From positions 68,315-132,314 of the forward strand of contig CAWCTC010000001.1 of assembly GCA_963798465.1 (NCBI GenBank): a stretch of 64,000 bases of DNA. Direction: 5' to 3'. Numbering within the stretch: the stretch's first letter is position 1; every line of letters begins with the position of its first letter. Shown here piece by piece: positions 43,827-52,044 of the stretch. This DNA is from an uncultured bacterium (GTDB lineage Bacteria > Patescibacteriota > Minisyncoccia > Phycocordibacterales > GWA1-40-21). The notes under the pieces were generated by a model. It made no database searches, was not told the origin of the DNA, and worked only from the letters and a program-made list of their open reading frames with translations. The translations under genes were made by a program, and so were the position numbers.

Positions 43827-46412
43827 ATGTTAAAAGATAAATTCGTGAAAACCGGCCAGCATCTGAAGCAACAAATCAAACCGACAGCGAAAAAAACCTT
43901 GAAATTCGTAAAAAATAATCCCAAAAAAGTCATTTTGATATTATTGGCTTTATTTTTTGTTTGTCTCGGCGCCGTAGCGCTTTGGATTTCCACTTTTCAA
44001 TTGCCGGATTTAAGCTCTTTTGACACTATACAAACCACACAATCGACAAAAATATATGACAGAACTGGAACGATACTTCTCTATGATATTCATCAAGATC
44101 AAAAAAGAACAGTCGTGCCTTTTGATAATATTTCGCAAAATATAAAAAATGCGACTATCGCCATAGAAGATCCTAATTTTTACACACATGGCGGAATAGA
44201 AATAACATCAATCCTGCGCTCAATCTTGGTGGATATTTCTACTCTCAGTTTTAGCCAGGGAGGATCGACAATCACACAGCAGGTTATAAAAAATTCTTTG
44301 CTTACCAGCGAAAAAAGCATTTCAAGAAAGCTCAAAGAATGGGTTTTGTCCGTTGAACTTGAAAAAGTGATGACAAAAGATCAGATACTCGGCATTTATC
44401 TTAATGGAGTTTCATACGGCGGAAATACTTCCGGTGTTGAAGAAGCATGCCAGATGTTCTTTGCCACAAGTTCGGCAAATGTCGATGTGGCACAAGCCGC
44501 CTACATTGCTGCAATAGCAAATGCGCCGACATATTATTCTCCATATGGACAAAATAAAAGCGCCCTTGATGCCAGAAAAAATATTGTTCTCCAAAAAATG
44601 CTTTCAAATAATTTTATCACGCAAGCTCAATATGACGCCGCTATAAAAGAGCAAGTCCAATTTCAAACACCAGCACCAACAGGTATTTTGGCTCCGCACT
44701 TTGTGGAATTCATAAAAGAATATTTGGTAAATAAATATGGCGAGGACGCAGTAAATCAGAACGGATACAAAGTCATCACAACTCTGGATTACAATTTGCA
44801 ATCTCAAATGGAAACGCTTGTAAAAAATTATGCAGTGCAAAATGAAATAAATTTTGACGCTTCAAATGAAGCTGCCGTAGCAATCGATCCGAGAACCGGA
44901 CAAATTCTTGCAATGATCGGTTCAAGAGATTATTTTGCAACGACAACCGACGGACAATTCAACGTTGCTCTTGCAACTCGCCAGCCAGGATCGACCTTTA
45001 AACCTTTTGTTTATGCAACAGCTTTCGAAAAAGGTTATACGCCAGACACAGTCTTGTTTGATGTGCCGACTGAATTCCAGACAACCTGCACTCCAGAAGG
45101 ACAACAGATCGACCCAAATGCAATAGTTTCTTCATCATCAGCTTGCTACATGCCAGCAGATTTCGACGGATTGTATCGCGGTCCAGTTTCACTTCGAAGC
45201 GCACTGGCATTATCTTTGAATATTCCTTCAATTAAACTTTTATATCTTGCCGGAGAAAAAGATTCTCTTGATACTGCAAAATCAATGGGTATCACAACTC
45301 TTTCGGACGATCCGAATCAATACGGACTGACTCTGGTTCTCGGTGGAGGAGAAGTTTCCCTTCTTGATTTGACGAGTGCATATGGAGTTTTCGCAGATGA
45401 CGGCGTAAGAAATCCTTATACGGGAATTCTCTCAATCCAAGATGCAAATGGAAATATGCTTGAGCAGTTTGCAACAAGTAGCCAGCAAGTTTTACAGCCG
45501 AATATCGCTGAGTTGATTTCAAATGTTCTTTCAGACAATGTTGCAAAAGCTCCTGAATATGGAACAACCGGTTCAGTTTTTGAATTTCCAAATAATAGAG
45601 AAGTGGCGGCAAAAACTGGCACCACGAATGATTCAAGAGATGCTTGGACTGTTGGCTATACTCCAGATATTGTCATTGGAACCTGGGCAGGAAACAACGA
45701 TAATACTCCCATGGTAAAAAATATTGCTGGATTGATTGTCGCGCCTCTTTGGAGAAAATTGATGGATATAGCACTTGGAACTACTACACCAGATAATTTT
45801 GTACAGCCTCAACCAACCGATCCTACAATAAAACCGGCCTTGCGTGGATTCTGGGAAGGAAATGAAACATATTTCATAGACAAAATTTCCGGAAAGCTGG
45901 CAACAAATTTAACTCCTCCAGAAACAAAAGAAGAAGTTTCCATTCCGGATGTCCATTCAATCCTTTATTGGGTAGACAAAAGCAATCCTCTCGGACCAGT
46001 TCCGACTGAAGCAAGCTCAGATCCACAATTCAATTCTTGGGAATATGGAGTGCAAAATTGGATGACAGCACATCCAATAGCTTCAACAACCCCTCCAACA
46101 ACTTTTGATGACATCCATACTCTTGCAAATCAACCGCAAGTGACAGTCACTTTTCCTTTGCTGAATTCAACATACAACAAGGATTATAGGATGAATATAA
46201 TGTTCTCGTCACAAGAAAATTATCCTGTAATGAAAGCTGACTTCTACTTGAATAATGAACTGATAGGAACATCGAGCAGTACGCCATTCGCTTTTAATTT
46301 TATACCTTCATCTGAAAATTCCTTCGCTTCGGGAAATAATGAAATAAAAGTTGTAATTACAGACAGTGTTTATAATAAAGGCGAAGCGACGACTTCCATA
46401 TTAATTCAGTAA
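43827..46412 (+). CDS. penicillin-binding protein 1A family (bifunctional transglycosylase/transpeptidase)
   Basis: 861 aa. GT51 motifs EDPNFYTHGG and GGSTITQQ; transpeptidase motifs STFKP, SLN, KTGTT; N-terminal TM anchor. Confidence 0.92.
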   Translation: MLKDKFVKTGQHLKQQIKPTAKKTLKFVKNNPKKVILILLALFFVCLGAVALWISTFQLPDLSSFDTIQTTQSTKIYDRTGTILLYDIHQDQKRTVVPFDNISQNIKNATIAIEDPNFYTHGGIEITSILRSILVDISTLSFSQGGSTITQQVIKNSLLTSEKSISRKLKEWVLSVELEKVMTKDQILGIYLNGVSYGGNTSGVEEACQMFFATSSANVDVAQAAYIAAIANAPTYYSPYGQNKSALDARKNIVLQKMLSNNFITQAQYDAAIKEQVQFQTPAPTGILAPHFVEFIKEYLVNKYGEDAVNQNGYKVITTLDYNLQSQMETLVKNYAVQNEINFDASNEAAVAIDPRTGQILAMIGSRDYFATTTDGQFNVALATRQPGSTFKPFVYATAFEKGYTPDTVLFDVPTEFQTTCTPEGQQIDPNAIVSSSSACYMPADFDGLYRGPVSLRSALALSLNIPSIKLLYLAGEKDSLDTAKSMGITTLSDDPNQYGLTLVLGGGEVSLLDLTSAYGVFADDGVRNPYTGILSIQDANGNMLEQFATSSQQVLQPNIAELISNVLSDNVAKAPEYGTTGSVFEFPNNREVAAKTGTTNDSRDAWTVGYTPDIVIGTWAGNNDNTPMVKNIAGLIVAPLWRKLMDIALGTTTPDNFVQPQPTDPTIKPALRGFWEGNETYFIDKISGKLATNLTPPETKEEVSIPDVHSILYWVDKSNPLGPVPTEASSDPQFNSWEYGVQNWMTAHPIASTTPPTTFDDIHTLANQPQVTVTFPLLNSTYNKDYRMNIMFSSQENYPVMKADFYLNNELIGTSSSTPFAFNFIPSSENSFASGNNEIKVVITDSVYNKGEATTSILIQ

Positions 46413-46672
46413 TAAAAATAAACTACTACCGGTAGTTTTGGATAAGACTAAAGTCCGATATTAAATACAAATGCAGACCCATACTCGTGTGTCATTCCCG
46501 CGAAGGCGGGAATCCAGAATTAATAGTGTCGCACTTATATAGGACGATTGTGCGAGTGACTTCGCTAAGTCAAACCTAGATTCCCGTATTCACGGGAATG
46601 ACAAATGTCATCCAAAACTAATCTTAAAAGGACTGCCTGAAGGCGGGAGTTTTGCTCCCAAAGATAGATAAT
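46413..46672 (+). repeat. ~250-260-bp composite repeat, copy B (immediately after PBP1A stop)
   Basis: Near-identical to 25694-25955. Differences I see are an 8-nt loop deletion in the first hairpin, a 2-nt insertion plus 2 substitutions in the central motif, and divergence in the last ~25 nt. Confidence 0.9.
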
Positions 46673-46680
46673 TAAAAAAA

Positions 46681-46800
46681 AAGAATTGGCCGCGCCTTAC
46701 AGGCGCAGTACACCTTTCACATTTTGATTACAAAACGTTCAAGGTCTTACGGAAGCAAAGACTTTTGTTTCCTCACCCTTCGGGCGCTGCCAATTCTTTT
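46681..46800. ncRNA. candidate structured RNA or elaborate bidirectional terminator
   Basis: A 10-bp closing stem AAGAATTGGC/GCCAATTCTT encloses hairpins GCGCC-TTACA-GGCGC, GTCTT-ACGGAAGCA-AAGAC (inside ACAAAA/TTTTGT) and CCC-TTCG-GGG. An A-run lies before it and a T-run after it. Confidence 0.25.
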
Positions 46801-47054
46801 TACAATATTTCTTTTATTTTTCCATCAGTTTTTTTATCCAAAATTTCCAAAATTTTCGCTTTCTTTAAAAAAATTGCTGTTTTAACTATTGGTTTTTCGC
46901 TGATTCTGGCAATATAATTTTTTATCTCAATTTTTGCCGGATCAATTTCAATATTACAAACTTCTTTTATTGCTTCCGCTACGGAATCTCTCAAAAAATT
47001 CCTCGAGGTGGACATGACTCTGAATTTTTCAAGATATTTTGCTATATCAAACAT
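46800..47054 (-). CDS. small protein downstream of dnaN, possibly DUF721/DciA-like
   Basis: 84 aa, MFDIAKYLEKFRVMSTSRNFLRDSVAEAIKEV...KILEILDKKTDGKIKEIL. The call rests on position after dnaN and a weak resemblance only. Confidence 0.35.
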   Translation of the reverse strand: MFDIAKYLEKFRVMSTSRNFLRDSVAEAIKEVCNIEIDPAKIEIKNYIARISEKPIVKTAIFLKKAKILEILDKKTDGKIKEIL

Positions 47055-47068
47055 AATTTATTAGAAAA

Positions 47069-48173
47069 TTATCTGTTCATCGGCATCACAAGATATGTGA
47101 ATGTCTTATCAGAGATTCCTTTTATGATAAGCGGTTTATTTATGCCGTTAAAAATCAAAGAAACGCTGTCAGAAGCGATGGAAGTGAAGACAATCGATGA
47201 TATATCTGTAATTAAAATTAACTTCTATATCCTCGCCTTCTATATTTGCATCGATCTTATTTATATTTTCTCCAATATTATTATTTTTTGTCTTTATTTT
47301 TATGGCTTTCTCTCCATTTTTTACGCTTATATTCATCTGATTGAAACTGTCGGAAAAAATATTTGAAATTTTCAATGAATTGATGAGATCCTGCTTCAAT
47401 AAAACAACTTTTGTTTTTTCTTCTTTTGGTAAAATCTGCTTATAATCAGGAAAAACTCCATCGATAACTCTTGAAACAAGATATGTTCCGTCAAAAACGA
47501 AAGAAATTTGATTTTTTGTCGCATTTATTTCTATTTCAGAATCAATATTATCAATAATTTTAAGAATATCCGATGCATTTTTGAAAGGAATTAATATATT
47601 ATTCAAATCCATATTTTTTCTTTGTTTTTATAGTTTTTTCGGCCAGTCTGAATGAATCTGTCGCTACAAATATTAAATTATCTTCATTTGAATATATATA
47701 AACACTCGCAAGCTCGGGTTTTACACTTGATAATGACGAACTATATATTACAGATTTTATTCCATTTACAAGATCTTTTGAATTTATTTTATATGTTTTT
47801 TCATTATCAATCATAGGAACAGTTGGAAAATCTTCCGAAGATAAGTGTTTTTATACTGGCTTCGCTGTTTTGTGTATGATATTTTTAAAGTATTTTCTAC
47901 TGTTTCTAAGATAATATTTTTATCATCACTTAGATTATTCAAAAAACTACTTATTATATTAGCTGGAACGGCAACTTTTCCATTTTCTTCAACTTTTACA
48001 GGAATTGATATTTCCAAACCCAAATCAAGATTTGTTGATCTTATAATTAAATTATTTCCTTTTGTTTCAAATAATAAACAAGACAAAACTGGAAGATTAA
48101 TATTTTTACCAACAATTTTTTCAGCTTTTGATACAGCGAGATGAAGTTTTTCTTTTACACATTCAATTTTCAT
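47069..48173 (-). pseudogene. dnaN: DNA polymerase III beta sliding clamp, three frameshifts
   Basis: ORFs 47811-48173, 47599-47814 and 47169-47612 plus tail ...SIASDSVSLIFNGINKPLIIKGISDKTFTYLVMPMNR ending at TAA 47069-47071. Junctions fall at A5/A6 runs (~47845, ~47610) and a TT run (~47172). SSEDFPTVP is restored after the first shift. Confidence 0.9.
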
Positions 48174-48395
48174 TTTTTTTTTAAATTTATCTATTAATTA
48201 TTATTACAGACCTTTATTTGTTTATAATTATTTTAACTTTATTTTATAGCCTTATTTTAATTTTATTTTTTTAAATAATGTTATTTGTATTGTGTTTAAT
48301 TATTTTATATTATTTTTTATCCCAAACTTATAAACATTTACTCAAACCTATTATACATAAACTTATCAATAACTTATCCACAACTATTTCAACAT
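48174..48395. other. candidate oriC segment (AT-rich unwinding region plus DnaA box) between dnaA and dnaN
   Basis: 48174-48327 is almost pure A/T. A perfect TTATCCACA lies at 48378-48386, beside the degenerate CTTATCAATAAC. AAGTGGATAAAG is also present upstream of dnaA near 49787-49798. Confidence 0.5.
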
Positions 48396-49719
48396 CGAAC
48401 GTATCTGACCTAATTTCTTGAACCAACTCAGGATCGGTTTTTAAATCATTTTTTACCTTTTCATATGAGTGAATTACTGTTGAATGGTCTCTATTTCCAA
48501 CTTTATCTCCAATAGATGGAAATGAAATATCAAAATCTTCTCTCAAAAGATACATAATCACCTGTCTTGGCTTAATTACTTCTTTTTTTCTACCTTTTTC
48601 AAAAATAGTATTCTCTTCTATGCCGTAAAATTCAGAAACAACACGAATAACATCTTTTACTGAAACATTTTTCTTTGGTTTAGAAGTGTTTTTAATCAAT
48701 TCTTTAATTTCATTTATATTGAGTTCTTTATTTTTAAGCTCTGTTTGGCATAAAATAAGGTTTAAAATACCTTCTAATTCTCTAATATTGCCTTCACAGC
48801 ACCGGCAAGGAATTCCACAATATCATTTGAAATATTTAGGTTCATCAGAGAAGCTTTTTTCCTAAAAATCTGAATTCGCGATTCAAAGTCAGGCTTTTGA
48901 ATTTCAACAATCATACCGGCATTAAATCGTGATTTGATGCGTTCTTCTATATCAGGAATGAAATTTGGATGTTTATCTGAAGAAAAAATGAGTTGTTTGC
49001 CGGTGTCGTGAAAACTGTTGAATAAGCTGAAAAATTCTTCTTGCGTTTTTGTTTTTGATGAAAAAAATTGAATATCATCAATAATCAACAAATCATATTT
49101 TTTATATTTATCTTTGAAAGTATTTATATTTCCACTATTCAGCGAATTTATATAATCATTTGCGAATTTTTCCGATGTCAGATAAAAAATTTTTTTATTC
49201 GGATCTGTTGCTTTGAAATAATTCCCCACAGCTTGTATCAGGTGAGTTTTTCCATGCCCTGTGCTTCCAAAAATAAATAAAGGATTATATATCGCGGTTC
49301 TTTTTAAGTATTGCCTGCGATGCAGCATGTGCGAGCTCATTGAAAGGTCCAATAACAAAAGTTTCAAAAGTATATTTAGGATTCAAATTGTCTTCTTTGT
49401 TTATATAAAAATTATTCAATGGAAGCTCGTTTGAATGGATTGTTGTTTCTTTCGCATTAGTTTTTATTTTCATCCTTTGAAACGACATACTCTACATTTC
49501 TTATATGTTCTCCGAAACTTCTTAAATTTTTCAATATATCCTTGTGATATTTATTCATCAGCCAATCTTTTACAAAAACATTCGGCACTCCCAAATAACA
49601 GTGCCGTCTTCTTGTTTGATAATAAAAGTATCTTTAAACCACATGCTGAAGTTGGCCTTTGAGATTCCCAGCTCTATTTGAGCCAGAACATTATTCCATA
49701 GAGTTTTGTTTTCGTTCAT
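48328..49719 (-). pseudogene. dnaA: chromosomal replication initiator DnaA, at least 4 frameshifts
   Basis: MNENKTLWNNVLAQIELGISKANFSMWFKDT.../LGVPNVFVKDWL.../[27 protein letters not shown].../[26 protein letters not shown].../GNIRELEGIL.../..PRQVIMYLLRE..GNRDHSTVIH. The true stop may be TAG near 48393 if a further shift exists. Confidence 0.9.
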
Positions 49720-49886
49720 TGAGATCAATTATAAGTCTCTGCAGTTATTAATAGAAATTATTTTTTGTTTACAAGTTGTGTATAAAAAGTGGATAAAGAA
49801 AAATCAAAAGAATTTTTTTGAAACAACAAATGATATTTTAAATCCGCAGGAAGCAGGCGTTAAGGAAAAAATTTGTATTTAAGCAC

Positions 49887-49915
49887 TTTACATTTTATGT
49901 TTTTTGATTTATACT
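49887..49915 (+). promoter_or_regulatory. sigma70-like promoter of rpmH (TTTACA-17-TATACT), ATG 7 nt after the -10 box
   Basis: TTTACA at 49887-49892, a 17-nt spacer, TATACT at 49910-49915, then ccccttcATG. No SD. Confidence 0.55.
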
Positions 49916-49922
49916 CCCCTTC

Positions 49923-50060
49923 ATGTCAGTCACATATCAACCAAAAAAGAAAAAAAGAGCAAAGACTCACGGTTTTCTTGCAAGAAACAAGAGAAAGTTC
50001 GGAAAAAGAGTGCTTAAAAGAAGAAGACAGCACGGAAGAAAGAAATTAACAACCGTCTAA
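49923..50060 (+). CDS. rpmH: 50S ribosomal protein L34
   Basis: 45 aa, own translation: [45 protein letters not shown]. Below the track cutoff. Confidence 0.95.
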   Translation: MSVTYQPKKKKRAKTHGFLARNKRKFGKRVLKRRRQHGRKKLTTV

Positions 50061-50064
50061 AGTA

Positions 50065-50109
50065 CGTCGCACTTATAGGACAGTTGCACGACGTGATTTC
50101 GCAAAATCA
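50065..50109 (+). repeat. 50-nt hairpin motif family, copy C (after rpmH)
   Basis: CGTCGCACTTATAGGACAGTTGCACGACGTGATTTCGCAAAATCA; palindrome TGATTT-CGCA-AAATCA at 50094-50109. Confidence 0.65.
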
Positions 50110-50136
50110 AAAAAAAGGGCTACAAGCCCTTTTTTG
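50109..50136 (+). terminator. hairpin after rpmH (A8-GGGC-TACAA-GCCC-T6)
   Basis: A short GC stem extended by A/T-tract pairing, so probably only a partial terminator before rnpA. Confidence 0.45.
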
Positions 50137-50184
50137 ATTGTTTCAACTTTTGATAATGAATGTATTAAAGTATATAATCAACTG

Positions 50185-50529
50185 ATGCTGAGCCGCAAAT
50201 ATAGAGCAAATAGGCTGGATATAGGAGAGACCATGAAAACCGGAGTATCTATTTTTGGCAGTATTTTATATGCCAAAATCTCTAGGAAAGAAGCCGTAAA
50301 AGCCGGTTTTGCCATTGTAATTTCAAAAAAGAATGAAAAAACTTCAGTTGGCAGACATTTGATTAAAAGAAAAATCAGCAGTTTTATAGAGGAAAATTTG
50401 CCAAAAATGAACAAAAATTTCAAAAAAACGATTGTTTTTTTCCTTAAAAAAACAAATGAAGCGATTAAATATGATGAAGCCAAAAAAGATGTAAAATTTG
50501 TGCTAGAAAAAGCCGGTTTTTACAAATAA
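50185..50529 (+). CDS. rnpA: ribonuclease P protein component
   Basis: MLSRKYRANRLDIGETMKTG...GFAIVISKKNEKTSVGRHLIKRKISSFIEE, following rpmH. TATAAT at 50173-50178 lies 6 nt before the ATG. The track start at 50134 was rejected. Confidence 0.8.
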   Translation: MLSRKYRANRLDIGETMKTGVSIFGSILYAKISRKEAVKAGFAIVISKKNEKTSVGRHLIKRKISSFIEENLPKMNKNFKKTIVFFLKKTNEAIKYDEAKKDVKFVLEKAGFYK

Positions 50530-50596
50530 TTTCTGGACAAAAAAATATACAGGTATAAAATTACAGTAGATGATCTTAAAAACTTAGGAGGTGTTT

Positions 50597-51073
50597 ATGG
50601 GTACAGTTGCTACTGACGTGAAAAAAGAAGAAAGCACGGCCAATCTTTTATCATCAGAAACAAAACCTGTTTTTCAAAAGGTAGACGAAGAAAAATGGGA
50701 AGCAAAAAGGATTGGATTAGCATATTTCGAGAAAGTAGCTTGGTTTTCTAAAGCAGATCTGGATTTGCCGGAAGAAGCCACTTATGATGAGATCTATAAA
50801 ATTGCTCAGAAAAAAGTTGGCTGTACTCCGCTCAATACAGAAAAAGATCTTGAAAGTTTTAAGCTTGTAGGAAGTCAGATAAAAAAAATTACTGAAGGGA
50901 TCTATGTGATCTTTTTTGGTGAGGAAGAGGTGCAAGCGGATGATGGTAAAAAGGAGAAGAAGAGGTATGTGATAGAGGCGGCTGTGTGTTATTGTGGTAA
51001 AATTTACTACACAAAGAGATTGATTTCAGCAAAGATTTGCACGAGATTTTTGAGGATAGGTTTTTTCGGGTAA
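50597..51073 (+). CDS. hypothetical protein inserted between rnpA and yidC
   Basis: AGGAGG-N5-ATG; MGTVATDVKKEESTANLL...CYCGKIYYTKRL. It has its own terminator and does not resemble YidD. Confidence 0.5.
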   Translation: MGTVATDVKKEESTANLLSSETKPVFQKVDEEKWEAKRIGLAYFEKVAWFSKADLDLPEEATYDEIYKIAQKKVGCTPLNTEKDLESFKLVGSQIKKITEGIYVIFFGEEEVQADDGKKEKKRYVIEAAVCYCGKIYYTKRLISAKICTRFLRIGFFG

Positions 51074-51087
51074 AAATATATGGTATT

Positions 51088-51123
51088 GGCCGGTTTGCGC
51101 AAGCGAACCGGCCTATTTTTTTT
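51088..51123 (+). terminator. terminator before yidC
   Basis: GGCCGGTTTGC-GCAA-GCGAACCGGCC followed by TATTTTTTTT. Confidence 0.65.
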
Positions 51124-51160
51124 GTTTGTATATTTGATTATTTTCGTATAGAATGGCTTC

Positions 51161-51919
51161 ATGTCTTTTTTATTCCACAATTTCTTTTATGCCCCGCTTT
51201 ATAATGGCCTGATTTGGTTTATAAACATAATTCCTTTCCATAGTGTTGGTTTAGCAGTCATTTTATTCACTTGCATCGTAAAAATAATAATTTTTCCTCT
51301 TTCTCAGCAATCCGTCAAAACTCAATTTGAGATGAAGAAAATTGAACCTGAGCTGAATGAAATAAAATTAAAATATAAAGATGACAAGCAGGTTCAGGCG
51401 GAAAAAGTCATGCAATTGTATAAAGACAAGGGAATAAATCCCTTTGCCGGAATTTTACTTATGATTATCCAGTTTCCAATACTTATCGCTTTATACTGGG
51501 TTTTTTTGAAAGGCGGTTTGCCTAAAATAGATGTTAAATCAATATATTCGTTTACAAAAATACCGAGTATCATAAATATGGATTTGTTTGGAATAAGCGT
51601 CGCAAGCAAAAACATAGTCTTTGCAGTTTTTGTGGCTCTGGCACAGTTTCTGCAAATGCAGATTACTCTTCCAAAGCCTAAGAAAGTTGATTCAAAAGAT
51701 GGAAAAGACCCGGGTTTTGGCGATGAATTGGCCAAAAGCATGAATATGCAGATGAAATATGTCATGCCTGTAGTTATGTTTTTCATTGCTGAGAACTTTC
51801 CTGTCGTCGTTTCATTATATCTAATTACAAGCAGTCTTTTTGCAATAGGCCAGGAATATTATATGAGAAGCAGATATAAAAATAACGCTGGCACAATAGA
51901 GGTGGCAAAAAAACAATAA
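51161..51919 (+). CDS. yidC: membrane protein insertase YidC/Oxa1 family (short form)
   Basis: 252 aa, multi-TM, with typical KMKKIEPELNEIKLKYKDDKQVQAEKVMQLYKDKGINPFAG. TAGAAT lies 6 nt upstream of the ATG. Confidence 0.9.
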   Translation: MSFLFHNFFYAPLYNGLIWFINIIPFHSVGLAVILFTCIVKIIIFPLSQQSVKTQFEMKKIEPELNEIKLKYKDDKQVQAEKVMQLYKDKGINPFAGILLMIIQFPILIALYWVFLKGGLPKIDVKSIYSFTKIPSIINMDLFGISVASKNIVFAVFVALAQFLQMQITLPKPKKVDSKDGKDPGFGDELAKSMNMQMKYVMPVVMFFIAENFPVVVSLYLITSSLFAIGQEYYMRSRYKNNAGTIEVAKKQ

Positions 51920-51936
51920 ATTTGCTATAACAAAAT

Positions 51937-51994
51937 ATACTTGTCCCGTTGAAAATTCAGATTATCAATAAGTTCAGATATCAGCGGATAAGTC
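51937..51994 (+). repeat. conserved intergenic motif, copy 2 (upstream of jag)
   Basis: ATACTTGTCCCGTTGAAAATTCAG...CGGATAAGTC, in the same orientation relative to the downstream gene as copy 1 at secE. Confidence 0.5.
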
Positions 51995-52044
51995 ATAAAA
52001 ACAAATGAAGTCGAAATTATCAGTAAATTAATATTTTATCTGGG

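Noticed and set aside
46681-46800. Identification of the structured region as SRP (4.5S) RNA
   Set aside because: Only a faint GGAAGCA similarity to helix 8 is present. The GNRA-closed stem and the symmetric or asymmetric loop pattern are absent in either orientation.
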